The notes beneath the pieces were generated by a model that was not told the origin of the DNA, did no database searches, and was given only the letters and a program-made list of their open reading frames with translations. A program made the position numbers and the translations under genes. From Candidatus Latescibacterota bacterium (GTDB taxonomy: Bacteria > Latescibacterota > UBA2968 > UBA8231), in NCBI GenBank assembly GCA_965206595.1, contig OZ242214.1:4096001-4160000 (forward strand): a stretch of 64,000 bases of DNA. Reading direction: 5' to 3'. Below are positions 63,373-64,000 of this stretch, one piece after another. Each line of letters starts with the position of its first letter. Position 1 is the first letter of the stretch.

Positions 63373-64000
63373 TTACCCGTATCTGTCCCGGAGCAGGCGG
63401 GCGCCCCGGCACATGGCGGAGAGCTTGAGGAAGGCGCGGTCGAAGTTGGCGCCGTTGCCCGCGGTGGTGGCGAAGCCGCAGTCCGGATTGAGCGCGAGCC
63501 GTTCCTTGTCGACGAACCGCATCGCGGCTTCGACCCGGTGGACGACCGTCTCCGGCGTCTCCACCTCGGGACTGCCGGGTGCGATCACCCCCAGTCCCAG
63601 CAGCTTGTCGTCGGGAAAGCGTTCTAGCGGCTGCAGCTGCCGCGCCACCGGGCTGTTGAACTCCATCGCGAACCGGTCCGCCGGCATTCTCCGCACCGCG
63701 TCCATGATCAGGTCGCGTGCCTGCGGGATGTTCCGGTGCTGTTCCCCGTGCGCATGGCACAGGTGGACGCTGAGGAAGGTGCCATCGAGTCCCTTGGCGA
63801 CCTCGCCGATCGTTTCTACCGAGAGCTCCACCGCCTGCTGCAGCGAGGCGAGATTCGCTTCCAGGCCGTAGGTCTCGGGGTCGGCGAGCCGGGGCAGCAG
63901 CGGCTCGTCGAGCTGAACGGCATCGACGCCGGCCCTGGAGAGCGCAAGGATCTCGTCGCGGATAATCGGCACGCAGGCGCGGACGAAACTCTCCCGGGTC
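63373..64000 (-). CDS. Cobalamin-independent methionine synthase II-like protein (5' end beyond the window)
   Basis: VQLDEP, HLCH, ME, GLGVI, LNPDCGF. Confidence 0.85.
   Translation of the reverse strand, partial: TRESFVRACVPIIRDEILALSRAGVDAVQLDEPLLPRLADPETYGLEANLASLQQAVELSVETIGEVAKGLDGTFLSVHLCHAHGEQHRNIPQARDLIMDAVRRMPADRFAMEFNSPVARQLQPLERFPDDKLLGLGVIAPGSPEVETPETVVHRVEAAMRFVDKERLALNPDCGFATTAGNGANFDRAFLKLSAMCRGARLLRDRYG

Noticed and set aside
1-64000. tRNA, rRNA, integrase or prophage genes
   Set aside because: None recognised by eye; tRNAscan-SE and Infernal would be needed to exclude small RNAs.

Overview
GC-rich bacterial window, probably an error-prone long-read assembly: several frameshifts sit in homopolymers and one tandem duplication is noisy. 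The gene content (many PhyH-type dioxygenases, sialidase-like proteins, a giant Fn3/cadherin-like protein with a FlgD-Ig-type C-terminus) resembles Latescibacterota/Gemmatimonadota-type host-associated bacteria; this placement is inference. (1) 1-16.7 kb is a decayed mobile/defence hotspot. It holds a tandem IS630 pair, two direct-repeat ISCR/IS91-like elements (one interrupted by IS5), IS1380 and IS256. Between them lie a PD-(D/E)XK nuclease, soxR with a perfect SoxR box driving a broken Rieske gene, TA modules and a truncated HEPN protein. (2) 16.7-24.7 kb is one giant repetitive surface-protein gene, 5'-truncated and frameshifted. (3) 25-64 kb is mostly catabolic: an Opp/Dpp-type ABC importer, enolase-family and amidohydrolase enzymes, three sialidase/BNR proteins, seven PhyH-like Fe/2OG enzymes, an SDR, RmlA and a MetE-like gene. 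Best candidates for new biology: an AAA_14-DUF4143 ATPase/nuclease preceded by four 23-bp iteron-like repeats plus a palindrome; three PhyH-like enzymes lacking the HxD carboxylate but carrying FxESxxH; an ISCR-bracketed cargo block; and a SoxR-Rieske regulon. Family calls come from motif recognition only; no searches were run.
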